64,000 nucleotides of DNA from a virus, in IMG/VR virus record IMGVR_UViG_3300033149_003257, positions 1 through 64,000 of that record; one strand, 5' to 3'. The translations under genes were made by a program, and so were the position numbers. This document shows positions 29,701 to 37,387 of this stretch, in pieces (position 1 is the first letter of the stretch; each line of letters opens with the position of its first letter). Below the pieces are notes generated by a model. That model made no database searches and had not been told where the DNA came from. It worked only from the letters and a program-made list of their open reading frames with translations.

Positions 29701-29781
29701 AAGAAGATTAGAATATTCTAATTTTCTAATAGTAAAAACATTATTATTTTGAATCTTAAAATTCGGATTTATAATATCCAA
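26752..29781 (-). CDS. rpoB: Multisubunit RNA polymerase beta subunit, copy 1
   Basis: GPGG, GRICPVDTPD, MRQSV, GYNYEDG, GDKIVNRHGNKG, NPLGIISRMNIGQ, QPLGGR..GGQRCGEME. Confidence 0.95.
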   Translation of the reverse strand: MDIINPNFKIQNNNVFTIRKLEYSNLLQQIQEIVKTVEEIGFEIIECTIKDHKFSSGELQKTLKQNLVIKLKKGTFELDLSMYIPKLVDDNYIIINGKKKIPQFQLFDIPIVTRGKNIKLRTNVATILVIENTRKLDSEIQEPLVMASFLGKKVPLSLLMFSYFGPDYLDDKYNFSSITISNNPNTLIEKLLFDLKMYYEESEGFSQDDYILELGRMYSKYDSRTKGDNVVYALDLIMKTDITSKRFFKTNNVLDELVNAIENGPFDDTNFINKRIRCFEYIILTRVSKTIFDLCMSNRTSRQPKFNINSSQILSDCNVSDIVQFDFSINPIDELTRLSRTSLLGPGGFKRENVPKHLRDISETMFGRICPVDTPDRDNCGVLQSLIPNVKLDENLRFKKEFLEKEPISIPISMIPFLEHNDQTRLQMASSQMRQSVMLKNFDIPMIQSGCESLYTKYTQFIKIAKKDGEVLYIDTNFLIVTYNDNTSDIFDISARNIYVENMDFMSLYVRVGDKFKKGDILAESNFLTNGKINLGKNLLCAVMSYYGYNYEDGIIISDRLVKDESLTSIHIEDLSFNIPPNKVLLSLDKEIYKPIPNKFETIKIGKPYAILKELVSVPNFCSIFEEEIPLKVKKNMIITEVNVFANEWNTDIPEFVDWITNITERQIKDENKFKDIIFDLFPKNRAENIIREKRLNKFSHSGKYKFKNEKVNGIRVEINGIFFRDIQIGDKIVNRHGNKGIVSNIIDHQKMPKLKDGRHVDICINPLGIISRMNIGQLFELHLSMSFYNLKQEALKNLNKFSNKETKDYIIKYIEMIDSTKDKWYSNQFKEQCPDIIDENFINNLTIIQPPFESINIEQLKSIMKYTNTEFESEIYDPINQTIVQNPIAVGYLYFSKISHIAEEKLAVRGIGSYARKTLQPLGGRKNRGGQRCGEMETACLIAHDAPCNLFEFLTTKSDCIDLKNNYIKEIIESDHIKDQKEQSIVSESVKLLDAYLISIGVKRGNKN

Positions 29782-29792
29782 AATATAAACTC

Positions 29793-32498
29793 CTATATTC
29801 TTTCCCCTCTTAATATTTTGTCCATAATACCTTTGTAAAAACCAGAATTAAAAATGCCATTTATAATATGTTTTTTAGGATTTGAAAATGCTAAACCAAG
29901 TAACCAACTTTCAAAAGATGGAACTGATTGTATACTATAATAATCAGGTTCTATTGTTTCTCTATTTTCTAGTAATCTCCATTTTCTAAATTCTTTCCAC
30001 ATTAACTGAGCTACAACACATTCAAAATGAACATGATGTATATTTCCTTCTATATTATAAACTTCAAATAATTCATCAACTATATCTTTATAATTTTTTC
30101 CTTTAAATTTATGTAATAATTTACTAACTATAGATAAATCTCCAATAATATCCATTTGTTTCATTACATTTTTCTTATCACTTTTATTTGTAATTGCGGA
30201 ACCTGAAGTGTGAAATGTACGTAATACTAATTGTGTATTATGTTCTCCTAATGATTGTGCAGCAATAACTCCAATAAATTTACTATCAATAAATTTATAC
30301 AAATCACCATAACATTTATGACATATATTTTCACTTTTACAAAATATGGGACTTCTTAAATAAATAGTTTTTCCAATAATTTCTCGATAATTATTTTCAT
30401 CTATAATTTTTAATATACTATCTTCTAAATGATATCTATACATAAGCATTTTAGCTTTCTTTTCATTATTTACAAAAACTTGTAAATAATCTTTTGTTCC
30501 ACAATCATCAAAAGTTAAAGAAATTTGTAAATTAGCACAACTAAATATTAATTTTCTAGATAAATATCCAGAGGTTCCAGTATTTAATGCAACATCTAAT
30601 AACCCTTTTCTACAACCAAATGTAGACATAAAAAATTCTTTCTCATCTAACCCATCTATTAAACAATTTTTAATGGGAGTAGATAAAATTTCACCATCAA
30701 AATTCGAAACAAATCCTCTTGTTAAAGTTATTTGTCTAATTTGATCCCAATTTCCTCTAGCACCAGATTTTATCATATCGGAATAATGAAAATTATCTTT
30801 TAGAAAATTCAAAGTATCATCACTTAAAACGTTTTGTAATTGCTCTCCAACATCTTTACAATTATAAATATTATTTTGAACTTCTTTATAATTTGGAATT
30901 ACACATTGATTCAGAGATAAAGTAGTACCAAAGAGTGTTGTATATTTAAAACCTTCTTTTTTAATTTTATCTAAAACTTGAGATGTTTCAATAGAATTAT
31001 ACTTTGTTTTTATATCATTTAAAATAAAACTTAAAATTCTCTTATCTACTGGATAATCTATTAGATCATAATCTTCTGGTAAACATTCATTAAATATTTT
31101 TCTAGATTCTGTAATTTCTTTTCCTTTATAAAAAGCTTTATCTTGAAGTGAGTCCAATTTATTGGAAGTTAAAATATGAATTCCAAAAATAATATCTTGA
31201 TTTGGTAATGGTACTAAACTATTATTAGATGGACTATTTAAATTTTTGCTCATTAAAAATTTATCTTTAATTTCCTGTTTAGATTCTTCTGTTATTGGAA
31301 TATAAACAGCCATTTGGTCTCCATCGAAATCAGCATTAAAGCCTCTGCAAGATAATGGATGTATTTTAATTACATTTTCAAGAGATACTTTAATTTTAAA
31401 TCCAATCATACCTAATCTATGTAAAGATGGTTGTCGATTTAAAATACATACTTCATCAGTAACAATTTGTTCACAAATTCTAAATAAAGAGGGAATTTTA
31501 TACTCTATACAATCTTCAACAAATTCAATGGCATCGCTTAATGTTTTAAATTTTCTTAATTCAATTAATTTTTTCGAAACTTGAATTTTAAATAATTCTA
31601 AAATCATTATATAAGGTAATACACATTCATCAATATCTAGAGTAGGTTCTGGAACAATTACTGCTCTACCAGAAAAATCTATTCTTTTACCAAGTATATT
31701 TCCTCTAATTAATCCTTCCTTTTTTGATAACTTATCTAAAATATGTTTATATAATTCATTAACATCATTTTGTAATTGTTTAAAATATTGATAAAATAGT
31801 TGTTTATCTCTATTAATATCTATTATAGTATCTTTCATAATTTCTCTTTTCATTAAGATCTGCATATAAAATCTATTTATTTTATCAACTACTTGATTAT
31901 TTTTACTTACGCTTTTTGCTGCAGGTCTCAAATCAGGAGGAAGAACAATTATTTGTTGTAAAAATAATTTATCAATATTATTTTTTATTATATTCCATTC
32001 ATCATAACCAATAGATGTTAAAGTGTCTGCAAAAGTAAATACTAAATTATATATAGCATCTAGTTTTTCCCATCTTTCACAATTTTCAGGAATATTATCT
32101 GGTTTTGTAACTACTAAGAAATCTTCTCCATCTTTATATAAAATACTATGTTCATTATGAAGTAATAAATCTATTGGATTTTTTATTTGTAAACCACCTA
32201 TATCTACTAAAAGATCATAAAATAATGGATTTATTACAGGTATAGGAAGAATTATTTTAGCAAATCTTCTTCTTCTTTCATAATTACTAACAATATCTAC
32301 TCCACATTCTTTACATTTTCCACCTGAAAAAGATATACCATAATATTTTCCACATTGACAAGTATAATTTTTCAATGGACCAAAAATTTGTTCAGAAAAT
32401 AATCCCTCTGAATGAAATTTTTTCTTATCCATTATTTTAGTTGAAGTAACCTCTTTCAAATCTTTACAAAATTCATTAAAATTTAAAAGTTCTGGCAT
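29793..32498 (-). CDS. rpoC: Multisubunit RNA polymerase beta' subunit, copy 1 (compact, 901 aa)
   Basis: GLFSEQIFGP plus zinc finger, PPDLRP, LGKRIDFSGR, NRQPSLH, NADFDGDQM, SGYLSRKL, TQLVLRTFH. Confidence 0.95.
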   Translation of the reverse strand: MPELLNFNEFCKDLKEVTSTKIMDKKKFHSEGLFSEQIFGPLKNYTCQCGKYYGISFSGGKCKECGVDIVSNYERRRRFAKIILPIPVINPLFYDLLVDIGGLQIKNPIDLLLHNEHSILYKDGEDFLVVTKPDNIPENCERWEKLDAIYNLVFTFADTLTSIGYDEWNIIKNNIDKLFLQQIIVLPPDLRPAAKSVSKNNQVVDKINRFYMQILMKREIMKDTIIDINRDKQLFYQYFKQLQNDVNELYKHILDKLSKKEGLIRGNILGKRIDFSGRAVIVPEPTLDIDECVLPYIMILELFKIQVSKKLIELRKFKTLSDAIEFVEDCIEYKIPSLFRICEQIVTDEVCILNRQPSLHRLGMIGFKIKVSLENVIKIHPLSCRGFNADFDGDQMAVYIPITEESKQEIKDKFLMSKNLNSPSNNSLVPLPNQDIIFGIHILTSNKLDSLQDKAFYKGKEITESRKIFNECLPEDYDLIDYPVDKRILSFILNDIKTKYNSIETSQVLDKIKKEGFKYTTLFGTTLSLNQCVIPNYKEVQNNIYNCKDVGEQLQNVLSDDTLNFLKDNFHYSDMIKSGARGNWDQIRQITLTRGFVSNFDGEILSTPIKNCLIDGLDEKEFFMSTFGCRKGLLDVALNTGTSGYLSRKLIFSCANLQISLTFDDCGTKDYLQVFVNNEKKAKMLMYRYHLEDSILKIIDENNYREIIGKTIYLRSPIFCKSENICHKCYGDLYKFIDSKFIGVIAAQSLGEHNTQLVLRTFHTSGSAITNKSDKKNVMKQMDIIGDLSIVSKLLHKFKGKNYKDIVDELFEVYNIEGNIHHVHFECVVAQLMWKEFRKWRLLENRETIEPDYYSIQSVPSFESWLLGLAFSNPKKHIINGIFNSGFYKGIMDKILRGERI

Positions 32499-32500
32499 AT

Positions 32501-32734
32501 TTAATGCTCTCCAAATTCTTCTATAATAAAATTTGCTATTTGAATAAAATGCTCTTTTACAACTGAAGAAACCACTAAATTAATATCTGGCAACAATTCA
32601 TTAACTATTTGTTTTAATTCTTCTCTACTCAATTTCTCTTCGTAATTTTTTATTATGTTTGTAATTAATTGAATTAAAGTTTCTTCAATTGTAAGTTTAT
32701 TAGTTTCTATTTCATTATTATTTTCTTGTGACAT
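32501..32734 (-). CDS. Hypothetical small acidic helical protein
   Basis: 77-aa ORF directly upstream of beta'. Confidence 0.6.
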   Translation of the reverse strand: MSQENNNEIETNKLTIEETLIQLITNIIKNYEEKLSREELKQIVNELLPDINLVVSSVVKEHFIQIANFIIEEFGEH

Positions 32735-32740
32735 TAATTA

Positions 32741-33109
32741 CTAATCTCCTTTACTTAATTGAATAAACATTGAATTTACTTTTTTATATTTTATAGATTT
32801 CCACAAAGTATAATAACATTCATCAAAATAAAAAGTTCTCAAATTATTTTCAATTATATTTAAAACTGAATCTGTTGGTTCAACATTTAAATACTTATCA
32901 GAAAGACAATAAATATGATTATCTGGATCACAATTTGGATGATAACCATTTAATATTATCTTTTTAATTTTTTGGTGATTCGTTATAATTAAATAACCAT
33001 TTATAATATGATCTTCTGGTAAATCTAAAATAACGTATAAACTTTTTTGGTAAATTATTCGATTTGGAATAATTCTTTTATTTATAAATAAAAAATCAAT
33101 TTTATCCAC
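32741..33109 (-). CDS. Putative minimal E2-like (UBC-fold) protein
   Basis: YHPNCDPDNHIYCL resembles the E2 HPN...CL catalytic motif; adjacent to an E1-like gene. Confidence 0.45.
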   Translation of the reverse strand: MDKIDFLFINKRIIPNRIIYQKSLYVILDLPEDHIINGYLIITNHQKIKKIILNGYHPNCDPDNHIYCLSDKYLNVEPTDSVLNIIENNLRTFYFDECYYTLWKSIKYKKVNSMFIQLSKGD

Positions 33110-33114
33110 TTTTT

Positions 33115-34086
33115 TTAAGCTGCTCCAGTTTCTTCAATTATTTCAACAAAAGAACCATCATCATCTTTATGAACACTAATAACAAAATTAGAAGTCATAA
33201 ATGGAAAATTGATCATAGAAGAAATAATAGATGTAACATCAGTAGAATCTCTTATATAACATTTAGGTATTGTTTTATTAAATAAGGAATGTTCTTTCTC
33301 ACCAAGACAAATTGTTAATGGATTCTCTTTATTTAATTTTATAATTGGAATAATATGTTCTGATAAATTTACTACTTTATCTGTTTTTTCAGTTGAATTA
33401 TAAATAATATCTATTCTTTTTGATATACTACTATCAATACTTTCTTGTAATAAATTATCTAAAAAATCTAAATGAACTCGATGTATTATTTGATTATTTA
33501 TAAAATAATAGATTTGTTTACTAGCAATTATTTGAGAAGCAAATGATGATGCTTTTTGTATATCAGATTTACTCAGTTTAATTATATATCTTCCTTCATA
33601 TTGATAATTTGTTTTTACATTTTTTCTGCAATCAATAATTAGACTTTTACCTGAAATATATAATCTAATATTTATTTCTTTTGATCTATTACATACAAAA
33701 TCTCTACAATCTATAACTAAATCACAATCAGAAAAACATTTGCATTTTTCTATATATTTATTTTTAAATTTTGTTACAGTTACATCATCTGATATAATTT
33801 CTTCTAAAACATCAACTTTAAACTTACCAATATGTTCATATTTATAAATAGATGTTTTTAGATTTTTATTTTCTACAATATCATTATCTATAATAACAAT
33901 TTCTTTTACATCACTTAAAAATGATAAGTATCTACATAAAAATCCACCTAAAGATCCCAATCCAATTATTGCAATTTTTCTTATTTTATATTTAAAATTA
34001 TCATTAAAGATATTAGTATATATAACATTTAATTTTTCTTCTTTAATCAAAGGTTCCTTATCATTTTGATATCTTTCCTCTTTCAC
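33115..34086 (-). CDS. ThiF/E1-like adenylation protein, copy 2 (divergent)
   Basis: IAIIGLGSLGG, IIDNDIVENKNL, GKFKV, VIDCRD. Confidence 0.8.
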   Translation of the reverse strand: MKEERYQNDKEPLIKEEKLNVIYTNIFNDNFKYKIRKIAIIGLGSLGGFLCRYLSFLSDVKEIVIIDNDIVENKNLKTSIYKYEHIGKFKVDVLEEIISDDVTVTKFKNKYIEKCKCFSDCDLVIDCRDFVCNRSKEINIRLYISGKSLIIDCRKNVKTNYQYEGRYIIKLSKSDIQKASSFASQIIASKQIYYFINNQIIHRVHLDFLDNLLQESIDSSISKRIDIIYNSTEKTDKVVNLSEHIIPIIKLNKENPLTICLGEKEHSLFNKTIPKCYIRDSTDVTSIISSMINFPFMTSNFVISVHKDDDGSFVEIIEETGAA

Positions 34087-34096
34087 AGAGAAACTC

Positions 34097-34342
34097 CTAT
34101 TGATTACTTTCCATTATATTAAGCATTTCATCAATATTGTTCTTTAGAAAAATAAGTTCTTTTTTACTTAATCTTCCCATTTTTCCATATCCAATAGTTT
34201 CATCTTTTTTTACGTAACTTCTAGTTATTTGTAACTTAATTTCTCCTTCATCATATTTCATTAAAGACATTAATAATGATTTATTGTTTTCACCATTCAT
34301 TTCAAATAATTTTATTAAGACATCTTTTTCTGGATCCCACAT
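34097..34342 (-). CDS. PC4/YdbC-like ssDNA-binding protein
   Basis: SLMKYDEGEIKLQITR...GKMGRLSKKEL pattern. Confidence 0.45.
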   Translation of the reverse strand: MWDPEKDVLIKLFEMNGENNKSLLMSLMKYDEGEIKLQITRSYVKKDETIGYGKMGRLSKKELIFLKNNIDEMLNIMESNQ

Positions 34343-34361
34343 TTTTCCCCCTTATTAAAAT

Positions 34362-34398
34362 AAATAATCTGGAGAAAAAAATATTCTCCAGATTATTT
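34362..34398 (-). terminator. Intergenic hairpin, probable terminator
   Basis: aaataatctggaga / tctccagattattt. Confidence 0.6.
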
Positions 34399-34410
34399 TT
34401 CAAAAAATTA

Positions 34411-35037
34411 TTAATCTTTTTTTAGTTTACGATCTTTAATTTTAGAAATAATATTCGACTCTGTAAAGCTAGGAATAGGTTTATAAGAAGATTTGTAATC
34501 AAAATCTTTAGATGTAACTACTAATGGATAAATATGAGGTATTCTTAATATAGCACGATGAATCGATTTTCTATCTTTTCTGGTTGCTGTAACTAATTTA
34601 ATTTTATTATATAATTGTATATCAAGTGATTTAAAATGTTCATTTAATTTCTCTATTTCATCTACATCTTTTATTTTTTTTATCTTTAATATTTCTCTAT
34701 TATTCTTATTCCATGTAGAATCAAATGAACCTTTTTTAGAATTATTTTTAATCCATCGATTAACATATGGATTAATTTTATCATCATTTGTTTTTCTATA
34801 TAATGCTTTTACCGCTTTTTTGTAAGAATATGACTTTCCCTTTTGTTTATTATATGTATCTAATAATGAACATATACTAATTCCTCTAGCTAATATATTA
34901 AAATTTTCATCAATTAAAATACAAACTGTATAGACAATAGAAATTTCAGTTGTATTTTTATAAAATCTAATATATTTTACTCCTTTATCTTGAAGATTTT
35001 TCTTAAGAAATCTCCTTTTTTTATTTCCTTTCTTCAT
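34411..35037 (-). CDS. Hypothetical basic phage protein
   Basis: ARGISICSLLDTYNKQKGK motif; AGGAG RBS. Confidence 0.6.
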   Translation of the reverse strand: MKKGNKKRRFLKKNLQDKGVKYIRFYKNTTEISIVYTVCILIDENFNILARGISICSLLDTYNKQKGKSYSYKKAVKALYRKTNDDKINPYVNRWIKNNSKKGSFDSTWNKNNREILKIKKIKDVDEIEKLNEHFKSLDIQLYNKIKLVTATRKDRKSIHRAILRIPHIYPLVVTSKDFDYKSSYKPIPSFTESNIISKIKDRKLKKD

Positions 35038-35099
35038 TTCCTCCTATCTCCACAGATAACTTAGATAGTCTATTTAAAATAAAATTATTTATTATTTTT

Positions 35100-35133
35100 A
35101 GGGGATAATATATACAAAATATATATTATCCCC
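35100..35133. terminator. Hairpin downstream of the ubiquitin-like gene
   Basis: aggggataatatata / tatatattatcccct. Confidence 0.6.
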
Positions 35134-35154
35134 TTTTCATTATTTAATTAATAA

Positions 35155-35622
35155 CTATTTATAACCTTTTCCACCAGCTGGTTTTAGAAATTCTAAATTA
35201 TCACCAAATTGTAAAACATAACCAGATGGAACCTGTTTTCCATTAACTATTCCATCTGCCATTTTGTCAATATTTAAAACTTCCCGAAGAAATTCAGAAA
35301 CCGCACCAACTGTTTTTCCAACAACATCAAAACGACCAGATGCAGCACCACTAGAAACTAAAATTGTTGTTGTGCACCTATCACCAAATCGAGCAGATGG
35401 TTTTGTAAAGCTGCTAGTAAATACAGCACTTATGTCTGTCACTTTATTAGAATCAACATTACTAATAGAAGGAGATGCTCCATATTTTTCTAAAATTGCA
35501 TCAATAACTACATCTTTTCTTTTCTTAGACATACCCGGTATATCTAATTCATAAACACACATAGTTCTAAGATCAGCGACAGTCCTAGCTTCCAACTCTT
35601 CTCTTGTAAATTCTTTTTTCAT
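35155..35622 (-). CDS. Ubiquitin-like (beta-grasp) protein with N-terminal Rho_N/HEH-like domain
   Basis: LEARTVADLRTM..ELDIPGMSKKRKDVVIDAIL (Rho_N-like). GKTVGAV...IVNG......VLQFGDNLEFLKPAGGKG(YK) (ThiS/MoaD/Ub-like). Downstream of E1. Confidence 0.8.
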   Translation of the reverse strand: MKKEFTREELEARTVADLRTMCVYELDIPGMSKKRKDVVIDAILEKYGASPSISNVDSNKVTDISAVFTSSFTKPSARFGDRCTTTILVSSGAASGRFDVVGKTVGAVSEFLREVLNIDKMADGIVNGKQVPSGYVLQFGDNLEFLKPAGGKGYK

Positions 35623-35634
35623 TTTTTTTTTCTC

Positions 35635-36342
35635 CTAAATAAAAGATTTTAAAAGTTTTTGCTTTGGTTTTCTAATTTTTGAGCTTGCTGACATAGTTTT
35701 TATATCAAAATATATTTCTGAGTAAGTATAATCTTTTAAAACTACAATATTATAAAAAGCCCAACACATAATTGTAGCAACTCCTAAATTAGTAAAATAT
35801 AATTGTGGATCAGACTGAGCTAATTCTTCACAAGACAAATCATCAGGATGATTATCTTGAGCATTAATTATTTCAGGATGATAATCCGTAACTTTTGGAG
35901 TTATATCAACATCATTATATCTAACATATATTTGGACATTTCCATCTGTATATTCATTACCACCAGAAATTAAAATTATATTTGATAATGTACTACAATA
36001 ATCTGAAACTATTCTTCTTGTTTTATGATTATCTACACATACAAAAACTATATCATTATTATAAATATAAGAAGAAATATTATCATCATTTAAAAATTGA
36101 GAAACAAAATTGATGTCTAAATTATTAAATTTTTTTCTCAATTCTTCCATTTTAACTTTTGATTTGTTACCTAACATCATAAAATCTTGTCTTTCAAAAT
36201 TTTTAGGTTCGTATGAATCACCATCAATTAATTTAATATGTGATTCAAAGTTATTTAAATAATTTAAAAATCTACATATTTTTTCTGATAATATAGAACC
36301 AATTCCACCCAAACCAATTATTTTAATATTAATACATTCCAT
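35635..36342 (-). CDS. ThiF/E1-like ubiquitin-activating enzyme, copy 1 (PRTRC-type)
   Basis: IIGLGGIGS, DGDSYEPKNFERQ, NKS, CVDNHKTR, SGGN, candidate catalytic Cys in LSCEE, PQLYFTN. Confidence 0.9.
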   Translation of the reverse strand: MECINIKIIGLGGIGSILSEKICRFLNYLNNFESHIKLIDGDSYEPKNFERQDFMMLGNKSKVKMEELRKKFNNLDINFVSQFLNDDNISSYIYNNDIVFVCVDNHKTRRIVSDYCSTLSNIILISGGNEYTDGNVQIYVRYNDVDITPKVTDYHPEIINAQDNHPDDLSCEELAQSDPQLYFTNLGVATIMCWAFYNIVVLKDYTYSEIYFDIKTMSASSKIRKPKQKLLKSFI

Positions 36343-36362
36343 AACTTAATCCTTTTAAGTAT

Positions 36363-37382
36363 TTAAAATTTCAATTTATTGGAATATTCTCTATTTGTTT
36401 TAATAATATCTTCTTGGGAATTATCACTAAAATTATAATTATCTTCATCAACATAAAAAAAATCTTCAACATCTACATCTAAATAATCTTCATTATCTTC
36501 ATCCCATTCTTCTATTTGTAATTTCATTTTATAATTTCTAAATACACATTCATTACATGGATTATATTCTTCATCTTCAATATTATTATTAAATAAGCTA
36601 TAATTAATATTTCCACTTGATAAGAAAGAAGAAGAAAATGGAAAAGATTGTTGATTATTATAAAAACTATAAGGGGACATTGAAAAATTGGAAACATAAA
36701 CTCTTTCAGATACATTTTTAAGCCAATCATTAACATTATAATTACATTTATTTTCATTTATTAAATATCTTAATTTTTTAAAATTATCTACTTCTTTAGA
36801 ATCTTCAGATAAAACAAGACCATCAATATATAAAGTTGGATCTACAATAAATCTAGAACCATTCGAAACTATACATGCAGATATACTAACATTTTCAGTA
36901 GGAATATTACCAATTGTTATATGTAAACCATCAAAATATTTTTCATCGTTGATATCTATACCGGAATGAAAAGCACTCATAAAACCATGAGAATGTATAG
37001 TTGCAATCATAATATAATTTTTTGGGCTTGCATTTCTTGTATATTTAATACCGCCTGGAGAAACTTCTTGCAATGGAGAATCGAAAAAATAACTATTATC
37101 TAACAAATTATAATATATAACTATAATTGACTCTCCTTTATACAAATCATATACTTTTTTGAAAAAAGTTATAATTTTATAAAATTCTTCGTTTGAAATT
37201 TTTGGAATATCTAATTTTGCAGAAGATGAAATACTATTTAATATAGAAATATTATCAACTGGTGTTATACTTTCTAATATCCCAACTTTCTTTTTTAAAA
37301 AAATACCTTCTTTAGCAACTATATAAAATATATCATCATCTGGAATCTCTTCTATTCCATTATTAATAAAAATTTTAAACAC
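36363..37382 (-). CDS. JAB/JAMM (MPN+) isopeptidase
   Basis: E...HSHGFMSAFHSGID fits HxH-x7-S-x2-D; GLHITIG; acidic C-terminal tail. Confidence 0.9.
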   Translation of the reverse strand: MFKIFINNGIEEIPDDDIFYIVAKEGIFLKKKVGILESITPVDNISILNSISSSAKLDIPKISNEEFYKIITFFKKVYDLYKGESIIVIYYNLLDNSYFFDSPLQEVSPGGIKYTRNASPKNYIMIATIHSHGFMSAFHSGIDINDEKYFDGLHITIGNIPTENVSISACIVSNGSRFIVDPTLYIDGLVLSEDSKEVDNFKKLRYLINENKCNYNVNDWLKNVSERVYVSNFSMSPYSFYNNQQSFPFSSSFLSSGNINYSLFNNNIEDEEYNPCNECVFRNYKMKLQIEEWDEDNEDYLDVDVEDFFYVDEDNYNFSDNSQEDIIKTNREYSNKLKF

Positions 37383-37387
37383 TATTT

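Noticed and set aside
26752-32498. Inteins or group I introns in RNAP, terminase or topoisomerase genes
   Set aside because: Conserved motifs are contiguous, with no recognisable intein splice-junction blocks or ORF interruptions.
35155-36342. ThiS/ThiF or MoaD/MoeB cofactor biosynthesis
   Set aside because: No thiamine or molybdopterin pathway genes nearby; adjacent E2-like and JAB genes favour protein conjugation, though sulfur transfer is not formally excluded.
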